DNA of 64,000 nucleotides from the human T2T-CHM13v2.0 reference genome, Homo sapiens: assembly GCF_009914755.1 (NCBI RefSeq), contig NC_060932.1; one strand, written 5' to 3'. Positions within the stretch are counted from its first letter, which is position 1. Each line of letters begins with the position of its first letter. Below, piece by piece: positions 47,800-64,000 of the stretch. The position numbers and the translations under genes were made by a program. A model generated the notes under the pieces. It was not told the DNA's origin, searched no databases, and was given only the letters and a program-made list of their open reading frames with translations.

Positions 47800-49555
47800 A
47801 GTGATAGCATTAGCTACCACTTCCAGTATAAAGTTGAAAAGTAGTGTTGAGAGAGGACATCCTCGCCTTGTTCCTGATCTGAGTGGGAAAGCTTCAAGTT
47901 TCTCACCATTAAGTATGATGTTAGCTGTACATTTTTTGTAGACATTCTTTATCCGTGGAAGTTCTTCTCTATTCCTAATTTTCCGAGAGGGTTTTTTTTA
48001 ATCATAAATGGATATTGGATTTTGTCAAATGCTTTGTCTGCCTCTGTTAATATGATCATGTCACAGGATCCTTCGGGTGTTGCTTCTCAAGCCAGAAACC
48101 TCTATGTCCAGCAGCACCTCTGCTTGAGTTTCACTCCTGCCTGCTGGGCTTGTTCTGCTCACTCAGCCTGGCAGGCTGCACTTGGCTCACACTACCAGTC
48201 CAGATCCCATGCCTGCTGAGGATAAGCCAGGAGCGGAGCAGCGAGGGGTGTGTGAGTGAGTAAGCACAGGGTCTGGCCACTGCACATAGCCAGGCACACC
48301 AGCCGCTGTGGCAGGGCAGGCAGCTCCAGGGGCTGGCACAGGTGCTGGCTTCATGCAAGGCTGTAGCTGGAACAGGCATACTGCAAGTGGCTTCTACTGA
48401 GGGCCCTGGTGTCTGGATGAGGGGAACAGGATGGCACCTGAAAACTTGGAGATACCAGCAACGGTGGAGCCCCAAGGGGCTGCAGGGAAGCATGCCACAG
48501 CTCTCTCGTTCCTGCTGCCCACAGCTCAGCAGATGGTGGGGCACATGTTAACAGCTCTTTCAGTCCACTGCTTCACTCCAGCCTGTGGCTCCTGGGCTGG
48601 CCCAGCCCATCGCCACTTTCTGTTGTGGGGCAGCCACCCAAGGCTGGCAGAAGGCAAGAGGATTATAGTGTTACAGCTCTGACTCAGGAAATCCTGAGGT
48701 CTGGGCCTCCAGAAGGGTCATTGCTCTTCACTCCTGCAGTCCAGCAAACAAGAGTGTGTCACCACTCACAGCTCAGTGAGCTGGCTAGGAAAGTGTTACA
48801 GCCCTTTTTGCTCCCACTTGCAGCTCAGCAAGCCTGCCAGGAGAATGTCATGGCCCTTTTCACACCTGCCATTCAACAGGTCCCAAGTTCTTGTTCCACG
48901 TCCAGGAAGAATTAGCTTATGTGGACAACTGGAGGGTGAGCAAGGTGGAGAAGAGTTTTATTGCATGGCAGAACAGCTTTCAGTGGACAGGAGACCTGAA
49001 GTGGGTAGCTCGTACCCCCAGGCGGGTAGTCCCAACCTGTGTTTGAGTCTGGCTGAGTCTGGGGTTTTTATGGGCTAAGAATGGAGGAAGTACATGCTGA
49101 TTGGTCCATGGGTGGGCCCAGAAAAAGCACCATCTGATTGGCTGAAAGGCATCAAGGAAGTTCTCACTCCAGGTGGTGGACTCCACCCAGAACTGGCAGC
49201 CTGGTTTTCAGGCTTCAGGCTGTCTCCTGCCTGAAGGTTGGGTTCCACCAGGGACCTGCCCCTATCTGCCCAGGAACCTGTCTGCCTCCTGCCATCATCA
49301 GTCATATGATTTTTCTCATTTAGCCTGTTGATATGATGGATTACATTAATTGATTTTTGAATATTGAACCAGCCTTGCATACCTGGGATAAAGCTTACTT
49401 GGTCATGGTGTATAATTCTTTTTCTACATTGTTGGATTTGATATGCTATTATTTTTGTTGAGGATTTTTTAAATCTATGTTCATGAGAGATATTGGTCTG
49501 TAGGGTTTTTTCCTTATAATGTCGTTGTCTGGTTCTGTATTAGAGTAATACTGGT
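47800..49555 (-). mobile_element. Antisense L1 ORF2 (RT region) fragment split by an LTR
   Basis: Minus strand [20 protein letters not shown] at 49380-49320. Continues at 47800-48058. Confidence 0.88.
48059..49300 (-). mobile_element. MER52-family (ERV1) solo LTR, 1242 bp
   Basis: TG...CA ends, 4-bp TSD ATCA/GTCA, GC-rich body, MER52-like termini TGTCACAGGATCCTT and GGAACCTGTCTGCCTCCTG. Confidence 0.8.
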
Positions 49556-49707
49556 TGGGCAAGATTTATAACTAGCAAGGATATGGACAGCCATGGACTG
49601 GGCAAAGAGTAGTCAGAACCTTGCCTTCTTGGCATACCAGCATGAATGTATAAGTGTGCTCAGGGCACATAGCATATTGCTTCACTTTATAAGAGAATGC
49701 AGAAATT

Positions 49708-49835
49708 AGCTGGGCCCAGTGGCTCACACCTGGAATCCCAGCACTTTGGGAGGCTGAGGCAAGAGGATTGCTGGAGGCCAGGAGTTCTAGACCATCCTGG
49801 GCAACACACTGAGACCCCATCTCTACAAAAAAAAG
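49708..49835 (+). mobile_element. Free left Alu monomer
   Basis: Single monomer with A tail. Confidence 0.85.
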
Positions 49836-49855
49836 CAATAAAAGCAAAATGAGGG

Positions 49856-50199
49856 TGTATTAGTCTGTTTTCATGTTGCTGATAAAGACATACCTGAGAT
49901 TGGACAATTTACAAAAGAAAGAGGTTTATTAGACTTACAGTTCCACATGGCTGAGGAGGCCTTACAATCATGGTAGAGTGTGAAAGGCACATCTCAAGTG
50001 GTGGCAGACAAGAGAAGAGGGCTTGTGCAGGGAAACTCCCCGTTTTAAAACTATTAGATCTTGTGAGACTTATTCATTATCATGAGAACAGTGCAGGAAA
50101 GACCTGCCCCCATGATTCAGTTACCTCCCACCAGGCCCCTCCCACAACACGTGGGAGTTCACGATGAGATTTGGGTGGGGACAGAGCCAACCCATATCA
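49856..50199 (-). mobile_element. THE1 (MaLR) solo LTR
   Basis: TGTATTAGTC...GATAAAGACATACCTGAG...GAGATTTGGGTGGGGACAGAGCCAACCCATATCA. 5-bp TSD GAGGG/GAGAG. Confidence 0.9.
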
Positions 50200-50322
50200 G
50201 AGAGTGTAGAACTAGACCCACATTTTATGGTCAGTTGATTTTTGACTACAGCACCAAAGCTAGTCAGTGGGAAAAGGAGTTTTTTTCATCAAAGGATGGT
50301 GGAACATCTGGCTGCTACAGAG

Positions 50323-51190
50323 GAGGGCCTCGGTACAACTGCACTTGGTTCCACACTCGTGAAGTTGGCCCTGCTAGTATGTCCTCTCCCCACAAGAACT
50401 TGGCATTTGGTTTAAAACTCTGCTGTCATCATATTCAATTTTTAATAATTTTATCTTTGTATTGTAAGGAAGTCCAACGAGATAATGGCACTTGACTGTG
50501 AGTAGAGGAGACACATGGATGCCTGTTTTTACTGTGCCTTACTGCCCTATTTCATACAGCATTTGTGATCACTATGCAGCATTCATAACACACTTAATTT
50601 GTACTTTCTCTGATTGTTGCTGGACTCCCATGTGTCATGGGTGCACTATAAGCCAGTGCTTATATTTCCATATCAACACATTTTCAACTGAGTAAGAGGG
50701 AATGCTAATAACCCCAAGTGGCCATGCTTTTCATTTGAACTAGGTGTACTTCTAATACAGAAAGAAGGCAAAGGCCTTTCAAGAAACACAAATGACCAAG
50801 TAGCCATATCATACTCTTTCTTACTTGGTTGCTTCCCTGTATTTGCCAACCACTTACACTGAAAATGACACAGGAGGAAAGGGAAAGATAGGGCAAATCC
50901 ATAGTTCCTTGTCTTTTCAGTCCTTCCTCACTTATCAGTAAGCTGAAGGTAGAGAGTGTTGGTGAAATGTATGCATATCAAGAAGTAAAATAAAAATTGT
51001 TTTGTGCAGCATTTCCACTGTCCTGGTAAAAACAAAATACATATGCATATGCAAAATACTATTGGTTCCACTTATGAGGTAAATGCCCATATATTTGCAT
51101 TATACAATATAAAGATAAAAGTATTGTACAATATAAAGATAAAAGGTAAAATTTATGTCAATATAAAATTTTAATTTTTCTTTATTTAGA
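50323..51190. mobile_element. MER45-family hAT-Tip100 DNA transposon remnant
   Basis: TTGGTTTAAAACTCTGCTGTC...AATAATTTTATCTTTG and GGAAAGGGAAAGATAGGGCAA, recalled MER45B-like segments. Confidence 0.6.
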
Positions 51191-51476
51191 ATGGCAATAC
51201 TACTATTACATTTTTTGTAACAGTTTTATTGAGATTTCACACATCATACAATTCCCCACTGAAAGTGTACAGTTAAGTGCTTTTTAGAATATTCACAGAG
51301 TTGTGCTACTATTACCACTAACTTCAGAATATTTTCATCACCCCAAAAGGAAGCCCCATACCCATTAGCAGTCAACCCCCAGTCCCTGCCTCCCGTCACC
51401 TACTCCCTCACAGTCCCTGGCAAACACTATTTGCTTTCTGTTTCTGTGTATTTGCCTATTCTGAACATTGCATAGG

Positions 51477-51783
51477 CAGTCTTCCCTCAGTATTCTCCAG
51501 GGGTTGGTTCCAGGGCCTCTGCAGATACCAAAATCCACAGATGCTCAAGTCCCTTATATAAAATGGCAGAGTATTTGCATATAATCTATGCACATCCTCC
51601 CATATACTTTAAATCATCCTTGGATTACTTATAATAGTCAATACAATGTAAATGCTTTGCAAATTGTTATACTGTGTTGTTTTTTATTGTTGTTATTGTT
51701 TTATTTATTTATTGAATATTTTTCATCAGTGGTTGGTTGAATCTACAGATGCAGACAGACCCTTTGGATATAGATGGCTGACT
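51477..51783. mobile_element. MER2 (Tigger-derived MITE) inside an antisense L1M 3' end
   Basis: CAGTCTTCCCTCAGTAT ... GATACCAAAATCCACAGATGCTCAAGTCCCTTATATAAAATGG ... GATATAGATGGCTGACTA. Confidence 0.85.
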
Positions 51784-51829
51784 ATAAATGGAATCAAATG
51801 ATATGTGGTCCTCCGCAATGGCCCTGGCC

Positions 51830-52147
<318 letters not shown>

Positions 52148-52650
52148 CCATATTTTTTGTTTGGGTTTTAAGTGGGAGGTGAGGGGACAATGAATTTGGC
52201 TTTGAACATGTTGAATTTGAGATATATTTCCCCCCAGTCATTGTAGTTCATATTATCTCTGTCTTTTCCTCTCTCACTCCCACATGGATGGCCTGCTTTC
52301 TATCATTTTCCCCACATAAAAGAACAGGATTTAATTTTAGCCTCTCTTGTAAGTCTGTATTATATGACCAATCTCTTAGCCCCCTGCCTAGTCCACTCAG
52401 GTGCCCAGCCACAATTCCAGCTACGTGCTTTGGACTCCTGGTTCTCATCAAGTCATGGGACACATAAGGCTTCAAATACATATTTTTTATGGCAGAACTT
52501 AGAGCATTGTCTTGCAAAACAGTCAAATTTACTTTCTTTCACTATCCAAAGTCTACACAGTATAATTATATATAATAATGTGTTAGCAATTTGTAGACAT
52601 TTAGACCAAAATGAACTTAAATAACAAATGGATAATGTCTTCTGACTTAG

Positions 52651-52817
52651 TTCTGGAGAGCAGAAGCATCACAGTGTACATCCCAGGAAAGAAGTTTGGG
52701 GAGGATATTGATCAACAGATGACTTTTCCAGTTCAGTGCAGTTTTTGGTCTTTTGTTGATGTGGATTCATCTTCAAGGAGAAATGCACAGAAAATCAACA
52801 CTCTAATTGGTCAGATG
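52651..52817 (+). CDS. MCMDC2: MCMDC2 exon 11 (VLESRSITVYIPGKKFG...TLIGQM)
   Basis: TTAG acceptor and ATG|GTAAGG donor, frame continuous. Confidence 0.92.
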
Positions 52818-53260
52818 GTAAGGTATATGTATATTTTATTGTTAGAATGTTGTTCAAGGAATAAAGTCATAAATTTTAATACATCTTAATATTTTTGTTA
52901 TTAACCTGTTTCTATACTTTATTGAGTACCAGAACTACATGATGACCCAGTTGTTTAAAAATTGTAATGTTTTTTAACCATGTAGATCAGATATCTGCTC
53001 ACTGGAAATTACTATTTGAATAGGTAACTAGAGAGTCTTTAATGAATAATGTATAAGAAAATACTCACTAAAGAGGCTTTAAAAAAATCAATCACTAAAA
53101 AGTTCCCAGATTATTAAAAAATTACCTTAAATTATAATTAATATGATAAATAATAACTTTAATAATAACAACATATAATAATTACTTTGTAATTAATTAT
53201 TTCCAAATTGTGAAAATTACAAAGTTTAATGTTTGCCTGTTACCTTTTGGTTTGATGTAG

Positions 53261-53440
53261 GATTGCAGTTTGATTCCAGCTAACCTTGTGGAGGCATTTG
53301 GTTTATTGATTAACTGCAACGAGTCATCTCCCTGCCACCCATTTCTTCCTACTGTGCAACACACTTTGAACAAAGCCATTAATCCTGAAGGGCTGTTTTA
53401 TGCGGCTTCTAGACAGTTCACAACTGAAGATTTTGAAAAG
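53261..53440 (+). CDS. MCMDC2: MCMDC2 exon 12 (DCSLIPANLVEAFGLL...TTEDFEK)
   Basis: TGTAG acceptor and AAG|GTAAAG donor, 180 nt. Confidence 0.93.
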
Positions 53441-53544
53441 GTAAAGGTGGATAAAACGGTTACCCAGAATGCCTGTGCTAATGTTTCTCAAATTATATAG
53501 AAGTCCTTTTGAGTGCTGGATTTTCTTTATTTAGGATTCTTTTA

Positions 53545-55194
<1,650 letters not shown>

Positions 55195-55591
55195 TCAGAA
55201 AGGAAGATACCCATGTAGAATGCAGAAGCTGGGAAAACTTCATGGAGGAGGCTGGACATTAGTTGGGCTGTAAGAAAGGGTAAAATTTAGATGCACAAAG
55301 GATGGGTGTTCCAAGTAGAATTAACAGTAGGAGTAAAGACTTAAAAGTAGAAATTAGTGTACATGGAAAACGATAAGACCAGCTTGACTGGAGCAAAAAT
55401 TGTATTTTGGAGTCATAGGATTTTGGCATATTTACAATAAGTCTTGCACAGGCAAAAGATTTTATAGTTGGTTTGTCAGACTATAGAGAACAGTTGTAGA
55501 GTGAACTGTAAAATAGTAAAAAGTGAAATAGTAAAAATGGTTTCTCTGGAAGATAAATCTGTCTATTACACAAATCAAAGTGGATGGAATT

Positions 55592-55835
55592 TGTTGCAGC
55601 CTGAGCTCTCCAGAACACAGACTGAGATGGAGTTTAGTGTGCCAATGTGTATTTGAGAGGGCTTTTCTGTCAATACCTACGGACTTTATAATGTCCTCCC
55701 CGACTTCTGCCTCAATTACTCATGTGATGTGGACTGTCCTGAGGCAATCCCTGAAGGGGCTGACAGCACTCTCAGTAGCTGGGGCAACAAGTCCTTTCCT
55801 GAAGGAGGATATTGGTGGCTCATCATCATGCCATC
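55592..55835 (-). mobile_element. Old ERVL LTR (LTR16-like) fragment within L2 sequence
   Basis: CAGACTGAGATGGAGTTTAGTGTGC and CAGTAGCTGGGGCAACAAGTCCTT resemble the LTR16 family from memory. Confidence 0.45.
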
Positions 55836-55917
55836 TTAGAGAGAACTTAGAGAGGGTTATTGATGCTATTAATAGTATATCCAGTTCTGAAAGCCTGGAG
55901 AGAGTTGTGGAGAATAA

Positions 55918-56938
<1,021 letters not shown>

Positions 56939-57686
56939 CATATAAATTTTATAGTTAATAGCAACCTTTCTCCAGGTGTAGGTAGTGTCAGAAAAAAAAC
57001 AGTAACCTTATTATAGTTAATTTTTCCTGCAGTTATCTGAATTGAAAAAACTAGAAAATAACTAGGATAGTAAAAAATTTGGAAATTACGTCACAGAGAA
57101 GAACTTTGGGAACTAGGAATCACTGACTGTGAAAGAAAAGAAAAGCACAAAACTCAAAAAAAACAGTGATAATCATGTGTTGCAGAATTATTCTCTACCC
57201 AAATCTTACTAAATCACCAAAGCCCACCTTCAAAGCAGTTAACACAATGTTTCCCCTCATACCAAACGTTGTGTTCTTTAAAAGGAAGGAAGGGAAGTAA
57301 GGAGGGCAAGTAGCTCTAGGCCAATGAGAGAAACTTACGAGGAAAAAACTGTCAGAGAATTAAAGCTATTCAAAGGAAAGTTAGCTTCTGAGGGAGGTGA
57401 GCCTTTAACTGGGAGCAAAGACGTTGTAAAGTCATTCAAATATATTGCACAGAACATTTCTGCACTGAGAGGGAGGAGATTATTCTGGGTAAACTTTAAT
57501 ATCGTTTACAAGTATAACACTGTGATTTAAAGTGTTCAGTGACTTCAAGATGGCCCCAGACATTTACTCTTTTTTATGTAATAAAATATGCAAACTTGTA
57601 AAAATAAAGTGCCAGTATACTTTTGATTTCTGTTATATTGATTCCATAATAAAGCTTGATTATCTTGGATTTTTCACACTTTTTAG

Positions 57687-57829
57687 CTATTGGCTTTTGC
57701 AAAGAATTTGAATGTAGAATTCAGCTTGGAAGCAGAAAGAATGACCCATGGCTATTATCTAGCAAGTCGCAGAATCAGAACAGGCTCTGTATGTGGATCA
57801 AAGCTGTCAGCATCTGCATTAAAATATCT
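57687..57829 (+). CDS. MCMDC2: MCMDC2 exon 13 (LLAFAKNLNVEFSLEAERM...SASALKYL)
   Basis: TTTTAG acceptor. The CT|GTAGGT donor gives the correct phase 2 join to exon 14. Confidence 0.92.
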
Positions 57830-58130
57830 GTAGGTATTCAATTCAAGATTTTAAAATCAGCATTGAGTTTCAAATGATATGTTTAATTAAATTGCTAATT
57901 TACCTATTTCACTTGTTTCTCTGCTTGATTGCTAGTTGGTTGGTTTGTAAATGGCCTTGTTCCAAAAGGACTAAAGGCTTCACAATTCCTTTTGTTATAT
58001 CATGTTACATCATTTTAATCTCTAATAATTTTTTTACTAAACTGATTTTTATTGGATGCCATATGAGATATGTCTGGGAAAAGTGCACTGATTTCAAATG
58101 CAAATCCTTGTTTTTAAAAATGTGGCTGTT

Positions 58131-59641
<1,511 letters not shown>

Positions 59642-60229
59642 TTAAATGTTACTTCAGGAAACAGAAAGCATTATGTAATTCTGTTTTCCATTTTGAAACA
59701 TTTATCAAAGAGTTGACTTCTACTTGGCTTATCTTTAGCATTTTTTCAGCTCTATGAAGATAAATATACAGTTGGGGAAATTAACTAAACATGTCTAAAT
59801 CTTACAGATTTATACTTGACATTTTCTGCCAGTTCTTCATCTGTCTTATTTTATATTGCAGTTGTAACAATATATTTATTTATTTATTTAATGAATTATT
59901 TTACTCCTGGTTCTACTTAACAATTATTTTGAGATTACACTTTAATACTATATCAAATAAAGAAATGGTCTATCAGTAGGGGACTGTTTAAACTATGGTA
60001 CTGCTACATCACAACACAGTGAAGCTGTGATGCAGCTATTATTTCAAAAATAAAGTAGTTAATTTTAATATGATAACTCTACTTTTTCGCATTGTAGAAA
60101 TAAATACTAAGGGTGGTTTGTGAAACAGCAGAGTAAATAAACCCCTAGCTAGAAGAGTCATAAACCTTGAATTTTTTTGCCATTTCTACAGACAGGTACC
60201 TAATCACAAGCATCTTTGCTTTTCTAGAG

Positions 60230-61325
60230 AAGTGGAGCTGAACAATACTTTCTAAAGGCTCTATACATATTCTGTCCCGGTCAACATTTTTAGAAGGATC
60301 TTGGATGAGGATATCAGAGACATGATAATTACATTTATAAATGAGCAATATTGGAGAGAACTTCACAAGCTTGAACTGTGATCTTAATCTAAAAGAAGAA
60401 AGTTAATAGGATAAATGTAAAGCCCTCTGTTAGATGCCCAGACTCCCTAGTATAAGTGTGAATTGATGAGAAAATGGTAATGTGGCTTAATATGAAAAGA
60501 TATGAAAAGGATTTGATATTTCATTCTTTTTATGTTTAATAAGAGTAAATAATGTAATATGGCTATTAATAATACTGAGAGTTGGGGTCATATTAATAGA
60601 ATATATATCAAGAGCAACAAAATGCTAGTTATGCCTTATCTCTAATGTGATGGTCAAAACTGCTGTCGTACTGCACTGAAAAGGAGTATTAACCAAATTA
60701 GGTCATGAGGAGAGTAGCCATCATGGTAAGGAGCTGAAAATTATGTCTCATAGCATAGTAAAGGAACTAGAAATATTTAACTTGGAGGAGAGAAAACACG
60801 GAGCAATCAAAAAGTTATCTTTGCATATCTGAAGAGCATCATATTAAGAGGTCTCAGAAGACAGAACAAGAGACCTGTGGGTAGAAATTGCAGTGAAACT
60901 AATTTTAGCTTAGATTGATAGAATCTTGGTTATAGTTAGTTATGGTTATAGTTAGTTGCAAAACTTTCAAATGCCTTTACTTATCTGCCTTTTACAGCTG
61001 AGTTTCAAAAAATCTCATACATTAAATGATTTATACAAAGTAATACAGCTAGTAAATTCTAGAGACTCAGCCTAGGTTTTCTGATTCCCAAGTTCAGCAG
61101 TCATTCAGATACATCACTTTTGCTTGAAGGAGATCTTTCAAGTAATGGAAGCTGGTTAAAAAATTAAAAATAAAGGAACGGATTGCCTCATGAAGCCATG
61201 AATGCTAGGAGAGGTCCAAAAGAGACTGGAAAATGAATAGCCCAGGATGTTGTAGAGGAAATTTAGTTTTCTGATGAAAGTTTGAACTTTGAATTCCAAG
61301 ATCTCTTCCAATGCTGAAATTGCAA
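60230..61325 (+). mobile_element. CR1/L3 LINE fossil (RT to 3' end), interrupted by a MIR at about 60980-61120
   Basis: TTGGATGAGGATATC, AATAGGATAAATGTAAAG, AAGGAACTAGAAATATTTAACTTGGAGGAGAGAA, GGATGTTGTAGAGG, GATCTCTTCCAATGCTGAAATT occur in CR1/L3 order. Confidence 0.7.
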
Positions 61326-61704
61326 ACAAAAATCTTGCAAATCTATGAGGATTTTAGATAAATGAAGGACTAAAAGAAAAAGTCAAGGATTTGTCTGTAA
61401 AAGATATTTAGTTAGATTAATTTTCCCAACTGTGTATTTATCTGAACAAAACTTCGGGAGGGGAGTGTGGAATGATAAATAAAAGCCAGGATGGAAACCA
61501 AAAGGATACTGGCTTGTTCTGGAACAGTCTATTTAAGTCGGTGGGGAAAAAAAATCCTTTGAAAAGAAACTAAAAATTTTTTTAAAGTAAGAATATGCTT
61601 TAGGTGTGGCTAAGGTTCATATATATCTCGATTTGTTCCTGCCAAAATATATATTATTTTTATAATATCAACATATTTTCTTTGGCAACTATTTTCTTTT
61701 TTAG

Positions 61705-61814
61705 CGTTTTCCTATCTGAAGCCCATGCACGACTGAACTTAAGGAACAAAGTGCTTAAAGAAGATGTGCTGATTGCAGCCTTACTATTTGAAACATCCCT
61801 CACATTGAAATATG
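61705..61814 (+). CDS. MCMDC2: MCMDC2 exon 14 (VFLSEAHARLNLRNKVLKEDVLIAALLFETSLTLKY)
   Basis: TTTTAG acceptor and G|GTAATG donor. MCM-like LSEAHARL...EDV motif. No stop, so the gene continues past the window. Confidence 0.94.
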
Positions 61815-62204
61815 GTAATGAATTAAATTATTAATGATCACTACAAATAACTTTTATTTAACCTTAAATATTCTTAGTTGGTTAAATTAAAATGTTACAT
61901 ATATTTTTAAAATATTATTTTAAAGAATAACAAATCTCTACCAGGTAAGGCCTGTTTTAATTTGGGCATTTATTAACTGTTTCTGGGTAGTATCATCATC
62001 TGATATTAAATTCCTTATTATGCATGATTGTTTTCATATTTGAACATTTGCATTGCTTAAAGAATTCTGGGGGAAAAAGTACTTACTACAACACATAAAA
62101 TGATTTTAATTTATCTTCCTTTTAAAATAACTTGCAACATTTAGGTATCAAACAATCCCCCACAGTGGAGTTAGGCAACATAGCAAAAGAAAATCTGATC
62201 ATCA

Positions 62205-62531
<327 letters not shown>

Positions 62532-63239
62532 TCACCACCTTTGCTGAATTACTAGTTTTAATACTATGTCTATAGCATTTAATTTTTTGAAATGAATGGC
62601 ACTTATTATGCTTTTGCTAATAAACACGCAAAAGAGGTTTTTAAGGTAAGGGTAAAGGAGAGTTATTCTCCCAAAGTTCTTGGTTGAATTAGATGAGACA
62701 TTAATTTTGATTAGCGATACCATTCTTCAAACCAAACCTTGGTTCCAGCCCTGGGACTTAAAGAATGTATTAACACTAGCTTTCCTGTGTGTATGTGCTG
62801 GTGATTACATTTGCTTTAAATTACATTTATATTGTAATACCTGTTTGCAGAGATCCATTCGAATATTAGAACTTTGTTCTATTATTGTCTAAAGTTCTAT
62901 AAATTGTTCTATAATTGTCTTTGTTCTATAAATGTCAAGCATTCTTAATCTAGGATCCATAGATGCTTGGTATAGGGGCTTGCAAATCCCTAAATAATAT
63001 ACAAATGTACACATGTGTGTGCCTTATACATTTTTTTCCGAGGAACATAGAGCATTAATTTTTATGAAATAGAGATTTATGGCCCCTAAAAGAGGTTAAA
63101 TATCATCCTGAATTAGTTTTATTTACCAAAAGAGAATAACGCTGGTTCCCAACCAATACTAAATAATAGTTAGGGAGGATATATATATGTTTTTCATTTC
63201 AATTTGCTTTATCTTTTTTTAATTAGCATTTCTTTTTTA

Positions 63240-63545
<306 letters not shown>

Positions 63546-63548
63546 CTA

Positions 63549-64000
63549 TTTTTTTTTTCTCTTTAAGTTCTGGGTTAAGTGTGCAGAACATGCAGGTTTG
63601 TTACATAAGTATACATGTGCCATGGCGGTTTGCTGCACCTATCAACCTGTCATCTAGGTTTTAAGCCCCGCATGGTATTTGTCCTAATGCTCTCCTTCCC
63701 CTTGCCCCCGCCAACCCCCAACAGGCCTCAGTGTGTGATGTTCCCCTCCCTGTGTCCGTGTGTTCTAATTGTTCAGCTCCCACTTATGAATGAGAATATG
63801 TGGTGTTTGGTTTTATGTTCCTGTGTTAGTTGGCTGAGAATGATGGTTTCCAGCTTCATCCATGTCCCTGCAAAGGACATGCACTCATTTTTTATGGCTG
63901 CATAGTATTCCATGGTGTATATGTGCCACATTTTCTTTATCCAGTCTATCATTGATGGGCATTTGGGTTGGTTCCAAGTCTTTGCTATTGTAAATAGTGC
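63549..64000 (-). mobile_element. L1PA 3' end (antisense, runs off the window)
   Basis: TGCAGAACATGCAGGTTTGTTACATA, CAGTGTGTGATGTTCCCCTCCCTGTGTCC, CATTGATGGGCATTTGGGTTGGTTCCAAGTC. Confidence 0.93.

Noticed and set aside
48022-49380. Dense overlapping ORFs on both strands
   Set aside because: GC-rich LTR with few stop codons. No gag, pol or env motifs.

Overview
Primate (most likely human, chr8q13) genomic DNA, AT-rich and dense in Alus. It has two + strand genes. The first is the 3' end of the AGC kinase gene SGK3: the last four coding exons (1-29, 3680-3835, 7318-7407, 15898-16068) and a ~2.4 kb 3'UTR. The second is most of the meiotic MCM-family gene MCMDC2: CpG promoter and non-coding exon 1 near 27.2-27.3 kb, coding exons 2-14 from 30622 to 61814, last exon beyond the window. 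All coding junctions were read as GT-AG and keep frame. The rest is transposon-derived: about 60 Alus, L1, L2, MIR and CR1/L3 fossils, LTRs, Tigger/hAT MITEs and a 31-nt U6 retrocopy. Repeat family names come from remembered consensus sequences, not a database search. Almost all ORF-track entries are Alu/L1 artefacts. I found no convincing new gene or new biological system. The best leads are: (a) a cluster of fold-back insertion scars at 20.7-25.9 kb, two of them at near-mirror positions in a closely spaced inverted Alu pair; (b) an out-of-frame uORF overlapping the MCMDC2 start codon, plus a fully paired three-way-junction fold in exon 1; (c) a tailless U6 retrocopy and an Alu that used the same target site, leaving three copies of the target-site duplication (TSD).
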